Assembly: GCF_001194135.2 (NCBI RefSeq)
Contig: NC_068982.1
Coordinates: 36,923,312 to 36,987,311, forward strand
DNA: 64,000 nt
Source: Octopus bimaculoides
Lineage: Eukaryota
Direction: 5' to 3'
A program made the translations under genes and the position numbers. Under the pieces are notes generated by a model. That model had not been told where the DNA came from. It was given only the letters and a program-made list of their open reading frames with translations, and ran no database searches. Of the stretch, positions 1 through 11,900 are shown piece after piece. Numbering within the stretch: position 1 is the stretch's first letter; each line of letters starts with the position of its first letter.

Positions 1-1779
1 CTCTTGCTTACTATATAAACTGTTAGCTGATATTTCATCTGTTCATTGTTAACAACTGTAGGTCACTTATTTTCTCTGACATTTCTTTGCAGACACAAAT
101 ACCAAAAGCAGTTAACATGATCTGCCTTCTCTGTTTGCATAAATTAACACTTTGTTCAAAATGACTTTGAACTTACTGTCATTGCTTTTATGATGTTTAT
201 TGTTATTTATTTATTATTATTTTCAGGATAAAAGATTTCCACCCACCCATCCAGAATTTGATATGGTCATTTGTCATTTTTTTTTTTCTTCCTTCAAATA
301 GAATTACTAATCAGATAAACAGATAAAAATTACTAATTTATAGAAAGGAAGATATTCTGTATTTACAGTTGAAATGCTGCAATTTTTTTTTTCCTATCTA
401 CTTTTACTCAAGTTATATTTGTATTGTTAATTAAGATACGGTGAATCTTTGGGATAGAGTTTCAGATTGATATAACCTTTCTAAATTAGACAATTATTAA
501 CATCTTAATGGCAAACATTGTCTTGACACTTGTAGTGATAACAAAAGAACTTGATGACTGCTTTTCAAGCTTTAGTCAACTCAGTTGTTTTGTTATAGTT
601 CAGAATATCATATTGTTGTATGTGTTATTACTATGGCCACTTGGACTACCTCCACTTGTAATATTCAGTTCTGGTTGTAAGTATGGAAATACACACATAT
701 GCACATTAAATAATAGTATTATTACATTCTTCTCTTTCAGAAAATCTTTACCAGAATCATACAATTTTATGGGATTACTTTCACCCATATCGATTGAAAG
801 GTTTGAATATAAGGCTGGATCTCCTTAATTCCTGTAGAGCTGTTGTTTCATCTTCCTCCACATCATATCTTCTCTATCATTTGGTCCCTAGCACTGTCAG
901 GTTTCTTATACTTTGTTCCACAATAGGAGAGGTAGGGATTGTCTGGTCTTCAAGATAAAGTAGCAAGTCATGAACAGAAACACTAGATGCTGTCCATCTA
1001 GAGACTTGATGTTAGCACAAGTTATATTACTATCAAGAAGTTCAACTTGATTTACTTATGGTTTGTTCTTATTGCTCATAAATTTCCTTAGGAGTATTTA
1101 GCCAGGAGAACAGTGAATTTCCAGAGGAAGAGTGGCATTGAAAAGCAAAGAAACATTCATGGGATGTAGCAATTGATGCTGTAGATAATGGTAATCTTTG
1201 GGAGAAGAGTACCTGAAAAAACACCAATTCCCAACACTTCTCTAAAGGTACCTTCATATGGTACCTTTGAATCTTTCTGCTTGTTCATTCTTAATAGAGT
1301 AATACAGATTAGTATGAATTGATGCAAGTCAACTCTGGGAGAGATAATCTTTTAAACCCTTGACATGAAAGAAGTGCCTTGATCAGAGTATATATATTTT
1401 GGCAGCCCTCAAAAGTTGAACAAGAGATCCAGACATCTGATCACTATGTCCCAATATGAATATTGACATATGAAAAAACAACAAAGAAACTATCCTAAGT
1501 AAATATGTTTTATATAAAACACTAAGCAAAGGGGCTTTGATGTTTATACTAAGCTGTCCTGGAAGCTTTGTATTTTGATAAGTGTACCTTAAAGAGAGCA
1601 ATAGAACTGAAGATTTAGTTGAGCCTAGACCCCACAAAAAGTGCAGGTCTTCCTCAAATCCTTTGTAGATGACAAACTATTGTTGATGTTAGCAAGCATG
1701 GAAGTAATAAAAACTGGGCCAGTGTATGCTTGAGCAAATGTATCAGAGATCACACTCTTGTTACTAAGATGATATTTCA

Positions 1780-1782
1780 TTG

Positions 1783-1846
<64 letters not shown>
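1780..1846. repeat. (CT)n microsatellite ending at a 10-N gap
   Basis: Read directly from the sequence. Confidence 0.97.
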
Positions 1847-1862
1847 NNNNNNNNNNCTTCAC

Positions 1863-1917
1863 TATTCTATGCTGCCTATTCTATGCTGCCTATTCTATGC
1901 TGCCTATTCTATGCTGC
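1863..1917. repeat. 14-bp minisatellite (TATTCTATGCTGCC) x about 4
   Basis: Units at 1863, 1877, 1891 and 1905 (last unit 13 of 14 bp). Confidence 0.95.
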
Positions 1918-1955
1918 TGGGTATTGACATCAGTCATTCACTCATCATTGGTATC

Positions 1956-2242
1956 CATGGCTGTAGCTAGGGTAAGTGGCACCCAGGGCAAGCACCAAAA
2001 TTGCACTCCTGCCACCACCACCACCACCACCACCAAAAAGTTGAAGCTTGCACAGAAAAAATGGGTAACTGGTTTTAAAAAATTGCATGGCGATAAGCAA
2101 AACAAACCATGTCTGAAACGGTTTTGAATTTTTTTTTAATGGCTAAATTAGAAAATAATCTTGGCCAAAATTGCCCCCTCCCCCACCTTAAAATGACACC
2201 CAGGGCATGTGCCCTGCTTGCCCCACCCTAGCTACGCCCCTG
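1956..2242. mobile_element. hAT-type MITE, 287 bp, perfect 8-bp TSD TTGGTATC
   Basis: Ends CATGGCTGTAGCTAGGG and CCCTAGCTACGCCCCTG are inverted repeats; TTGGTATC at 1948-1955 and 2243-2250. Confidence 0.85.
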
Positions 2243-2280
2243 TTGGTATCAGTTATGCTCTCACTTTTATCCCCTCTCCT

Positions 2281-2566
2281 GCTGGTACCATGATAAAATG
2301 CACTCAGTGCACTCTGTTTTAGTGTGAGGGCAAGAAGTCCCTTTAGTCTTGTTGTAAACATGACAACCTGCCTAATATTGGTGCCACAAAAAAATGTACC
2401 CAGTATATTCTGTCAAGTGGTTGGTAATAAAAAGAGCATTGTAGCTGTAGAAATCAAACCAAAATCAAAATTTATGAGGGAGATGTGGTCCAACCCATCT
2501 AGGGATGCAGCAGCAACCTGTCCAGCCTATGCCAGCAAAGAAAGCAGATAGAGGATGATGATGATG
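2281..2566 (+). mobile_element. Degenerate RTE-LINE 3' tail ending in (GAT)n
   Basis: CCAACCCAT...ATGCCAGC...GATGATGATG end is shared with the better-preserved copies at 42206, 48682, 49473 and 63778. Confidence 0.65.
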
Positions 2567-2818
2567 TACTGAGTACAAGATGATTGACTAAACTCTTGAG
2601 TGAAACCATTAAAAGAAAGGAGTAGTGTATATAGATTTCAGTTTATAAATTTGTCAATGTTAACTGGCTTTCTGTTAGTGTTCAGTTGAAGAAGATTGGC
2701 AGATGGGGAGAAGAAAGAACTTGATTTCAAATGGTAGAATGTGCTTTTGATTATGGAATTTTAATACAATACATCAGTTATGCTGAATTCTATTGATTTT
2801 CGAAATCTTGTATTGCAG

Positions 2819-2909
2819 AAAGTGCAACATTCTGTTGAACAAAAGCAGAAACTAGTTGATTCCCTTCATAATATGGTTGTTGTTGTGGATGATTCCAGTT
2901 CTGAAACAG
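2819..2909 (+). CDS. DMD: Dystrophin exon 1 of window (91 nt; KVQHSVEQKQKLVDSLHNMVVVVDDSSSET), similar to start of human exon 13
   Basis: ttgcag acceptor, g|gtaggt donor; contains the diagnostic MVVVVD motif. Confidence 0.92.
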
Positions 2910-5900
2910 GTAGGTGAATTATGTATTTTGAAACTTTTTAAAAAGTTTCCTAAATTAGAAACTTTGAAGCTTTTAGCAAAGGTTGGTATTTTGATTTAGG
3001 TCTTGTGTTTTCTTGGACAGAATTCCTTAAGTATAAAGGGATTGATTTGATCTTTGATTAACTGTTTAAGTTTCATTCTTCATTGTTGAAAATTTTAAAA
3101 ATTACATAAAGGTAATCTAATGAAAAGTGTTTTCTTCTATGGCTTTATAGCTTGTGAAGCTCTTGGACATCAACTTGAAAAACTTGTCAAACGTTGGGAT
3201 GATGTATGTAGACTAACTGAACAGAGACGGTTATTACTACAAGATGTCTTATTAAAATGGCAGTTTTATTCTGATGGATTAAAAGCATTTTGTAACTGGC
3301 TTAATTGTCAAGAAGAAAAACTTGTAAAAATGCGTAAAGCTACTCTGAAAGATCCAGCTGAAGTTTCTGAACAAGTAAAAAATTTGAAGGTATGGAAGTT
3401 TAATTATTACAGTTTTAGTTTTATCTTCATTTATTTTTAAATGATTTAAATATTGTAGTGTATTTTGTGTATTATTATAATGTTTTGTTTAGGATGCATT
3501 ACACTTAATAAATAATCTCTTTTGACTATTAACCTCAACTTGAGAATGAAATAGTTTTCTTATTCACACTTAATTTTGATTGCTTTTATCTATGATCACC
3601 ATTAGATGACTGCTCACTGAAATGTATGTATGTTCTTATTGAAAAATCTTTTATTGTTAATAATCTGTAAAATTATAATCTTAGTTACAACACCTGAGAT
3701 ATTTAATTAGGATCACGTTGATTTGGCTGCCAGCATCATTTTCTGTTCAATTCAATTTCATATTCAGTGTAGTGATACATATTTATAGGCTAATGAATGA
3801 CGTAAAAATCATTTTCGCTATAAATCAATAAATAAAGAGTTAGTAGCAATTAAATTTGAGATTTTGGGGTAATTTTAGCTAATCGTAAGTCACAGACACG
3901 TTCATGTCTGTTTCCATAGTAACAAGTCAAACATGAGAACTCTTTTGTCAGTGAGAAAGCACATGTATTGACAAATATATTCTACACAATGCCATGCACA
4001 TTGACACTGTGATCTGTTGCTTCTACCCTGGTTGTGAGATGTGCTAAAAATAACAGCTGAATATGCCTTAAATCACCCCCCTTCCCCCACCAATTGAAAT
4101 TTTATTTGCATAATCCTATGAATCCCTGTGTATAGAGTACAAATTCGCAAAACTTTTCTGCAAATTTTTAAAAAGTTATGAGGGGTTATATGTCATGCGT
4201 TAAACAGAGTTTGATTTGTTTACAGTTTCATATAAAAACACGTGCTATTTTCAGAATGTTGACATGTACAGTCATGCACAAAATGACAGCTTCCAAATCC
4301 TGGTTCCTGACAGGGTGAAAATGATCAAACTTTAAACCTCTATAACTTTTTAAAAACATTTTTCTGGAAAAAGTTAAAATACTCCAGCAACTCCGCTTAG
4401 GAAAGTATATTAATATTCCATTCAATAAACTTTAATTTTTGAAATGCTGGAAGTCAAACCAACTAGATCCTTTAATTAAAGTACCTTATTGTTTAAAAAT
4501 AATCTTTACATCAAAATTGAAAGAACACATTTCTTCAGTCAGATTCATAAATTTAGATCTAAATGAAATATCTAAAAATAGATTTTCTTTGTAATAAGAT
4601 TTTATGAAAGAATGCAGAAACTACTTTGACTATATCTTATATCTATACAAATAAGTTTTGTTATTTTAAGTAGATCATATAAGTATTGTCAGTATGATTT
4701 TGTTATTAGACTAATTTCAAATATTAGATAGAATAAATGAAACCGTTTCAATTGGATCCTTAACATGCAACAGTGTAGTTCTATTGACTACAAATACGAA
4801 GTAATGGAAAAACAAAAGTAAATGAACTTTGCAGAAGAGTGACATTGAACAACCATATCATTAAAACTTTTATTTTTCTTTGAACTTGGCCTGAATCTAT
4901 TTATAGACTAGTGATCTTGCTTGTAGTGTCAGCCACTAACTACTAACAAAATCATTGTCTTCCTCTGTCTACCCCTCTCCCTGTTCTCCATACACTACTA
5001 GTGAATTGTTGTCTGGGGTAAATGGACACTATTGTAGAAGGCAATGGGACCACACATATTTTTTACCTCTTGGTCTGTTGGTCACTTTTCTTCTTAAGTA
5101 GTTCTGTTTTAAATGGCTTAGAACCCATACCTCCCTCCTCTTTAAGGGTAGTAGGTACATCATGCTGCTTAGTTTACCATCACCAGCTGGCCACCAGGTG
5201 TATTTGACAGATTGCTGTGTTGCAAGCTTTCAGACCAGGGTTTCTCAATGCACCTTTACACTTCTCCAAGGTGTCAAAATTAGAACACCAATGTTCCATT
5301 CTCCAACATCTATGGACTTCATTTTATCTTTGATCTTACCCATCATCTCTTAGTAACACAGAAATCTCTGAAGTACAAACTTTTTTACCTTCTATTCATA
5401 ATTTATATGCTACATTCTTTATTGAAATTTCACTTTGAAATGTGGTGTCTCTACTTATGTAGACTCTGCTCTCCCTGTTACTCATCTTTCTCACCTGGAT
5501 ACCTGCAATAATGACTTCCATTTACTCTGCCTTAAAGTTTCCCTTTTTCATTCCTCCAAATACATTCTCTTCTGCTGCTACTCTTTAGAACTCTGAACTA
5601 CTGCCACCATTTCAACCATATCTCCTCCTGCACTGAGGATACATACCTCACTTCAACCCTTTCCAAAGTCATTGTTCTCAGTACTTACAACTCCTATTGG
5701 CTCTTACTTTTATCGCATACTGATGCCACTAATGCAGAAGCTAAATCTTTTGCATTTCTCAATTTGAGCCATGAATGATTCCTCCTAACATCATAGACCT
5801 CAAGCTCACCCTTATTTTGAACTGCAGCATATCTGCCTATCTTCTTGCCAACATTGTGAAAGCTTCTTTTCTTCCAACCATGATTTATTTGTGAGTAATA

Positions 5901-8900
5901 AAGTTGCAGTGAAAGCCTTCACCTTTACCATCTGCTTTGCATCCAACTCCACTCCACTTACACTTGTTAAATCTTCCTCAAATCTATCTTCCACTTCACC
6001 AGTCTCACCATCTTGCATACATATATGCCTAGTGTAAAGTACCTCCAGTTGCAGCAAGGCCATCAGCCTTGGCAACACTTCTTCCATAACTAAAATAATG
6101 CACCTTAGAACATGTAAGGGTAAGGAAATGAAAAACCATGGGGATAACATTCAGACAGAGACAGGATACAAGAAAATGTGAGTGTAAAACCACATTTTTG
6201 TGCAGATATGAGAATAGTATAAGTCAACAGAACCAGTGGTTGAGGGCAAAACAAAAAGACTGTGTCATTCTTATTGAACCTTTCAAGATTGGGCATAGAG
6301 GCATTTGAAGAATTTCAGAATTATAACTTGGTGTTGCAGGATAAATAAATTGGGAGTACTGAGAGTGAAGTTTCTTTCCTATTAGTGTGGAAGAGGAAAC
6401 ATCACTGTAGGGAGCCCCAAAGTGGTGGATAGGAATACAACCTCTGGATACAGTTATTAGTGGTAGAAGTGGAAATAAGACTAATAGGCCAAACCTATGG
6501 TGTTCTTTGGCAAGATATAACATCTGACAGATATTTAGCTTAGGGTTACATATGGTATTTGGAAACAGCATGGTAGGTGTGCTGCTTTTATAAAATAGTC
6601 AACTGCTAGTCACTAGTGATGTTCACATGATGCTGGGCAGAAGAATGTTTGTGGGATCAAGAATCACCAAAATGTATTACTGCTAACATCTATAAACCTG
6701 ATGATAATGGGTATCATTTGCCAATGGAATATTTGAATGAATAAACTGAGCAAGTTCAACCAGATGAATATGAGTTGCGAATAGGGAATGAGGGAAGAGA
6801 AGGGAGAAGTAAAAAATATCTTCTATGGTTGGGTACTACTGGTGAATATATTATTCCTCCAAGGTGCACTACCAGCAAAATTGCTGAGATTATCACTGCT
6901 GGATAATCCCTTAGTCATAGATCTGTATGATTTAAGTTGACCTAGAGCAAACCTTCTTTAGGTTTTGTTATTCGAGTAGTGGGGACTCAATATGAGAGAA
7001 CTGATGAAGCTATCTTGGACATTGTTCTTCTGCTAAAGTATTTAAAACATGTTTAAAAAAAATTGTCTGGTTTCTAACTTACACTGAGTAAAATTCCAGT
7101 TGTTTTATCATTTTAGGCCATTGAAAAAGAAATGGAAGTACAAGTACAGTCTTTTGATGAACTATATGAGTGCGGTCAGCAAATTGTCCAGAATCTAGAG
7201 GATAAAGAAGCTGTTCAACGTATAAGTGCTGAACTTGAAGATGTACAAGAGCGATGGGAAAATCTGGTTCAGAACATGGGAACACAGAGCCAAGAGGTAA
7301 CATCAAAATTATATAAATTTTACTTTTTAATTCTAAGCTAATATTAGGTGTTTATAAATTATGAAGATATTTGTTAAATATTGAAATGAATTAAAAAGTT
7401 TCCATTACAAAATACTATATATAGTCCTAGAAATTTAAGCTTACTAATTTTGAAATCATATGAGTGGCAGCTTTTGAAATTTGTTAAGCCATTTTGACCG
7501 TCATGTCTCTTATTTTTTTCTCTACTGCAAATTATTTATGGATAGCTTTTGTTTGTTTGATTTTACTAAGATAGGAAAATTTTAAATATAATTAATTTGA
7601 TTTCAGATTGCTGGGTCTGGAGTTGAACTTAGTAAAATAACAGATCTCGAGGAGATTCTTGCTGAAGAGAAAGTTCGAGAGACAAAGTCTGAACCAACAA
7701 CTTCACCTGATGTGGTGAAAAAGCGCAAAACTGATACAGCTTTACGGTTAGAATTTGAAATAGATATGAAAAAAATGAAAGATTGGTTTGAGAAGACAGA
7801 ATCAACATTAGCATTGCTATCTGTTGATGATGACGACGATGATGATGATGATGATGTTGAAGATCCTTTCCTTGCTTCTCAAGAAGAGTTTTCTGAAGAG
7901 GAGCAATTTGTTTTAATTCAGGTACTTTTATTTCTTTGAAATCTTAAATTCTATGTTTCTGATTGTATTAACAGTTACTATTTCTAAAAAAATTTATAAC
8001 ATGTGGTTATGATGCCAAGCTAATGTCATTAAAGTCATGACTTCAAATCTTACAATCATAACATCTGACTATACTTCTGACCAAAACCACATTGTATAGT
8101 CTATACTTATTTTATAGTTGAATAATTAGAGATAGGAAGAGCATTCAGATTATAGTACTGTTTAAAAATCTGATAACAATTTTCTTTTGAATTATGAAGG
8201 AATCTTTTTTCTTATTAATGTTTTCTGTTAAAAACTTAGAAACCAGGAAACAATTTCACTGAGAATTATTCTCTAAAACTTATAAGGTATTCCCATAAAT
8301 CACTTTTTACCATTAATTCATGTAATAATTAATAATTGCACTGCTTAAAATTTTTAAGTTATCACTTATTTCATTATAAGCTTCTTTCAATAACTTTACC
8401 AGTTGATTTTTAAAGATCAAATCTACCCAATTTGGTTTTGTATTGTGTAAAACTTTCAGTCAACTGATCTTATTGCACTCAGAGTTTTGCCTATAAATTT
8501 CATGGACTATGTCTCAGTTGACTGAAATATTTCAACTAATTATATTTTACATGTGAGACCCTGCCAAAAAAGTTTATATTTCCATCGAAATTTGAAAAAA
8601 CAAAAAGAAAGAAAAAAGAACATTTTATCTTATAGAACTATTTCTTTTGACAGGATACAAAAAATGATGTGAAAACTCACCATGATAAAGTATCTTCACT
8701 CTTGGAAACTGGGAAAAAATTAATTGAAGAATTAAAATTTGGTAAGTTTTTATGTATATAAGAAATATGTGTAAACTAATTCTCTTATAATGATTGATAT
8801 TCAAAGGACCCTCTTAATTTGAGATGAACTGTTTTGCTTGTTTAATTGTTAAAATTTTTATTGCTTTTAAATAAAAATTTGTTCTGAAGCTAAATTATAT

Positions 8901-11900
8901 TAGCATTTTATTTTATTTTTTAAGGCGGTGAAAATTATGATAATATTTCTAAGCTGACACAAGAGCTGGAAGAAAGATGGAAAATTATCAATCAACTTCT
9001 GAATGAGACACATAGTAAGGTTTTTCTGGAAATTGAAGCTAAAAAGTTTTATGACGAACTGAATTCACTGAAAGATTTGATGTTGAATTATGAGAGATGG
9101 GCATCTACTGCAGAGAACATTTCAGAAGAAACTCTTGAAATCAGTCATCAGTTAGAGCAATGCAGAGTAAGTTAAACTTTCATTCTGTATATTGGGGAAA
9201 GAGTGTTTTAGTCACTGTTTCTAACATGGATAATTTTATAACTATTGTTTAAAAATAAAGGGGTACTTCATTTTTATTGATATTGTGTTTATTCTAAAGA
9301 AGTTCATAAAAGCTGGATATTAGGGTTTACATATTGCATGTAATAGGCTTATGGATTTATTTGGATTCACAATGCCTAATTTTAGTGATCTCATAAACAT
9401 ACATAAATTGTTTAGATTTAGTCCATTTCAAAACAAGCCATTCATATGTTTGAATTCATGGATATTGAAATCCTGAATAGATTGTTAGTTTATTATGGAA
9501 GTATTGACTTTAATGTATTTTTCCATGAAGCAGTCTGTCTCACAAAGCTCATTACCTCCCAGGTCTTTCACTACGACCAAAAATAACATGTACAAAGCAT
9601 GGTTAAATTAAATTCAATTTTTTGATTAATAATTAATTAAATATTTGTTTCAAGGTGTGCATGCTTGAAAAAGCATTAATATGCAACCAAACAATGCTAC
9701 ATTACTTATATACTATATATTTTATTTAGTGAAGTTGTATGTTTTTAAAAAGACCTTCTGTAATTTGTAAAAGGTAAAATTAAAAGACATGAAGTCCCAA
9801 GAAGAACGTGTTGAACATCTTAAAGTGCAAGCAAATGCTTTGTTGCAACAAGAGAAGAAGACAGGAAAGAAAGAGAAAGTTCAGTTTGATCTTGATGCAT
9901 TTAATCAGCGGTGGGAAGCTATTTATCAGAAGATAGGTAGGTTTCATACTATGTTTATTCAATCATTATATGATCCTGAGTAATGTCTTTGTGCAGAAAT
10001 TATAGGAAAATATTGTTTTATGCTGAAGTATTTGTTGCAGACCCCCGAAAATGGGGCTCTGAGGTTAAAAACATGTCAATGCAAGGTAGCATAAAAAATG
10101 TCATTAAACTGATGCTAATTCAAAATGCTTGTTTCTTACTTCATGGAAAAGTCTTTTATTTCTTGTTTATTATATTAGCATGTTTTAGTAGGTAAGTCAC
10201 TTGATTTACTTAGTTTATTTAAATGCCCTCATTGGAACTTAAGATAGTGTATTACATTTAAAGAACAGAAGAAATGATTCCTTTTGTTTATAAAAGAATC
10301 CTTTCTCTGAATGACAGTGTATGGTACATGTGATCAGAAGTGTGAGCCTGATATGAAAACATAAGTATTAAATACAGAAGAGCAGCTACAAAGAATAAAG
10401 AATAAACTAGGTTGATAACTATACATTTTTCAATATGAAATTGAGAGATGTAATGAATGTTTGTTGATGTTTGATCAGCAATATTTTTGCTGTGAACATC
10501 TTGTTTTTGTTTTTTTCTTTTCAAACAGTATTTCTAAAGCCATATTATCCAATGTAACCTCCTATTTTTAAGATGGTACTCTGTGACTGCGTGGTTTGAA
10601 GAATGTTTGTCTGCTATTTGTAACAGGTTTGGTAGAAATGTTATGTAAATTTGAGAGATGTGTAGAAGAAAGGCAAGTGTTTTTATAGAAACATGAGAAT
10701 TGATATTGAGTAAATATGGATAAATAGGTGCAGGAGTGGCTGTTTGGTAAGAAGCTTGCTTCCCAACCACATGGTTCCGGATTCAGTCCCACTGTGTGAC
10801 ACCTTAGGCAAGTGTCTTCTACTATAACCTTAGGCCAACTGAAGCCTTGTGAATGGATTTGGTAGACAGAAACTGAAAGAAGCCAGTTGTATATATCGAT
10901 CTATATATTTATATGTGTGTCTTTGTGTCTGTGTTTGTTCCCCCATCACCACTTGACAACTGGTGTTGGTGTGTTTACATCCCTGTAACTTAGCAGTTCG
11001 GCAAAAAAGACTGATAGAATAAGTACCAGGTTTAAAAAATAAGTATTGGGTTAATTCATTCAACAAAAAATTCAAGGCAGTGTCCCAGCAAGGCAACTGT
11101 CTAATGACTGGAACAAGTAAAAGATAAAAGATGTAAAAACAAAATTTATTTTAGATTTGAACATGCTTGATTTGATAATTGTAATGACATCAAATAGAGG
11201 TAGATTCTACTGAATTGTTTTTCAATGGAAAATTACTTGTTTAATGTCGTGGATGATTTAAAATATAGTTTTCCCAAAAGCATGCAACTTTCGGTCTGTT
11301 GGCTTTTAATAATTTTAATTTTTATACTTTGGAGTGGATTCTTTTTTCATTTCTCACTCTGAAAATCTAAGTAAAATAAAATAGAATATGTTGGGTAACT
11401 GCAACAAGCAGAGTAGTATATATTGATTATAAACACCACATAATTACTGACACTCACTATTCCAGAAACTTAATCTTATAACATTAATCTCACATTTACT
11501 CTATTGGGGAATGATAAATGTATATATTGTATAAAATATTAGTTTGATATATATTATCTTGAAATGATATTTTCTTGTACTCTGCTTCTCTCTCTAAATT
11601 TGTTGTTAGTTGAGACTACTACAAAAGGTACATATAAGCAGAGAGTTTCATATTTCATGCAAATGCACTTATAAAACAGTTTAGTATAAAACTCCAGGTT
11701 CTTGAGCAACTCTTTTAGTATTAACAGCTAATGAAAATAAAATAAGATTATATGTACTCTTCACTACGTATCGAGTTCTCTTCCCCATGTTTATAAACAA
11801 GACATACTTATGCATGTAAATGCTTACACATACCTGTTTCAGTGAAGTATGTTACTTAAGTACTGGACCCTTGAAAACTGAATGATTAAAAAAAGGAACA

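Noticed and set aside
508-828. 106-aa ORF containing an acceptor-like TTTCAG at about 740
   Set aside because: No dystrophin-like sequence or recognisable domain, and the frames after the AG reach stops without a good donor.
2686-2735. Purine-rich stretch that might be an upstream dystrophin exon
   Set aside because: No frame resembles the expected preceding repeat-2 sequence or gives a phase-0 donor.
5236-5250. hAT-like terminus CAGGGTTTCTCAA
   Set aside because: I found no matching inverted end or TSD.
5020-6760. Possibly decayed LINE, including ORF 5812-6150
   Set aside because: Only vague endonuclease-like wording; no motif reliable enough to call.
10725-10810. tRNA gene
   Set aside because: A and B boxes are present but there is no cloverleaf, and the sequence continues into a SINE body.
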